This document shows positions 63,358 through 63,775 of a DNA stretch of 63,775 nucleotides, one piece after another (positions within the stretch are counted from its first letter, which is position 1; the number at the start of each line of letters is the position of its first letter). Source of the stretch: Chiloscyllium plagiosum (lineage: Eukaryota); the NCBI RefSeq assembly GCF_004010195.1, contig NC_057720.1, forward strand, positions 29,548,350 through 29,612,124, in the 5' to 3' direction. The notes under the pieces are model-generated. The model saw only the letters and a list, made by a program, of their open reading frames with translations, did no database searches and had not been told where the DNA came from. Position numbers and translations under genes: made by a program.

Positions 63358-63775
63358 CAGGTAAGTACAGACAAGTTACCTTAACATCTCTTACTGGGTA
63401 TAATCCATCAAGGAGATAGTCTAGATCCTAACTTTTATATTATTTAAAGACAACCCTGTTTCCTGAACTCGATTGAACAATTCCAATAGATGCTCCAAGT
63501 GTTTCTTCCAGGGGTATGACGAAAAATCGCTAAATTGTCTTGGAATACCACATATTTGGGTTATGAAATGAATTTATTGGTTAGTCTTTGAAATGTAGCT
63601 GGTGCATTTTTCATGCCAAATGGCATAACTTTAACTGGTAAGCTTTGTTTGATTTCATGAAAGCCAAAATTTCTTTCGCGCTCTCGGCTGAAGGTTCCTG
63701 CCATCCTCTCAGTTAGTCCAGAGTTGAAATAAAAATTCCTTACCCAATATAGTCTTCCAGCCGTGAAACAGGATT

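Noticed and set aside
63355..63366. Perfect splice donor cag|gtaagt on plus
   Set aside because: Sits at a CR1 truncation junction with only antisense LINE upstream; no supportable exon.
1..63775. CRISPR arrays, operons or prokaryotic defence systems
   Set aside because: The sequence is eukaryotic repeat-rich DNA; no regularly spaced direct repeats or intact gene clusters were seen.

Overview
Repeat-rich, apparently gene-poor vertebrate genomic DNA. The repeat families point to a cartilaginous fish, most likely a shark: HER1/CR1 LINEs, HE1-type V-SINEs and SacSINE1-like DeuSINEs, all recognised from memory rather than by database search. I cannot support any host protein-coding gene; nearly all long ORFs are sense or antisense pieces of decayed retroelements. 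The window holds two near-full-length CR1 LINEs (about 6.9-11.4 kb minus, about 43.9-48.6 kb plus) with zinc-finger plus SGNH-esterase ORF1 and APE-RT ORF2. It also holds many truncated CR1/L2 copies, eight HE1-type SINEs, a young Tx1-clade LINE fragment, several Penelope-like elements (PLEs) with GIY-YIG endonuclease, and four N gaps, all inside repeats. The most interesting layer is RNA/structure-level. There are about six core-intact and several decayed minimal hammerhead ribozyme motifs from at least three unrelated PLE families. Several sit in short non-coding fold-back elements with a recurring architecture: an unpaired tail of about 33-38 nt, inverted arms, a 12-15 bp target-site duplication (TSD), and microhomology at the short arm. 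A 31-nt tail-only insertion with an 11-bp TSD is also present. The PLE-hammerhead link is established in the literature; whether these non-autonomous fold-back families are described in sharks needs checking.
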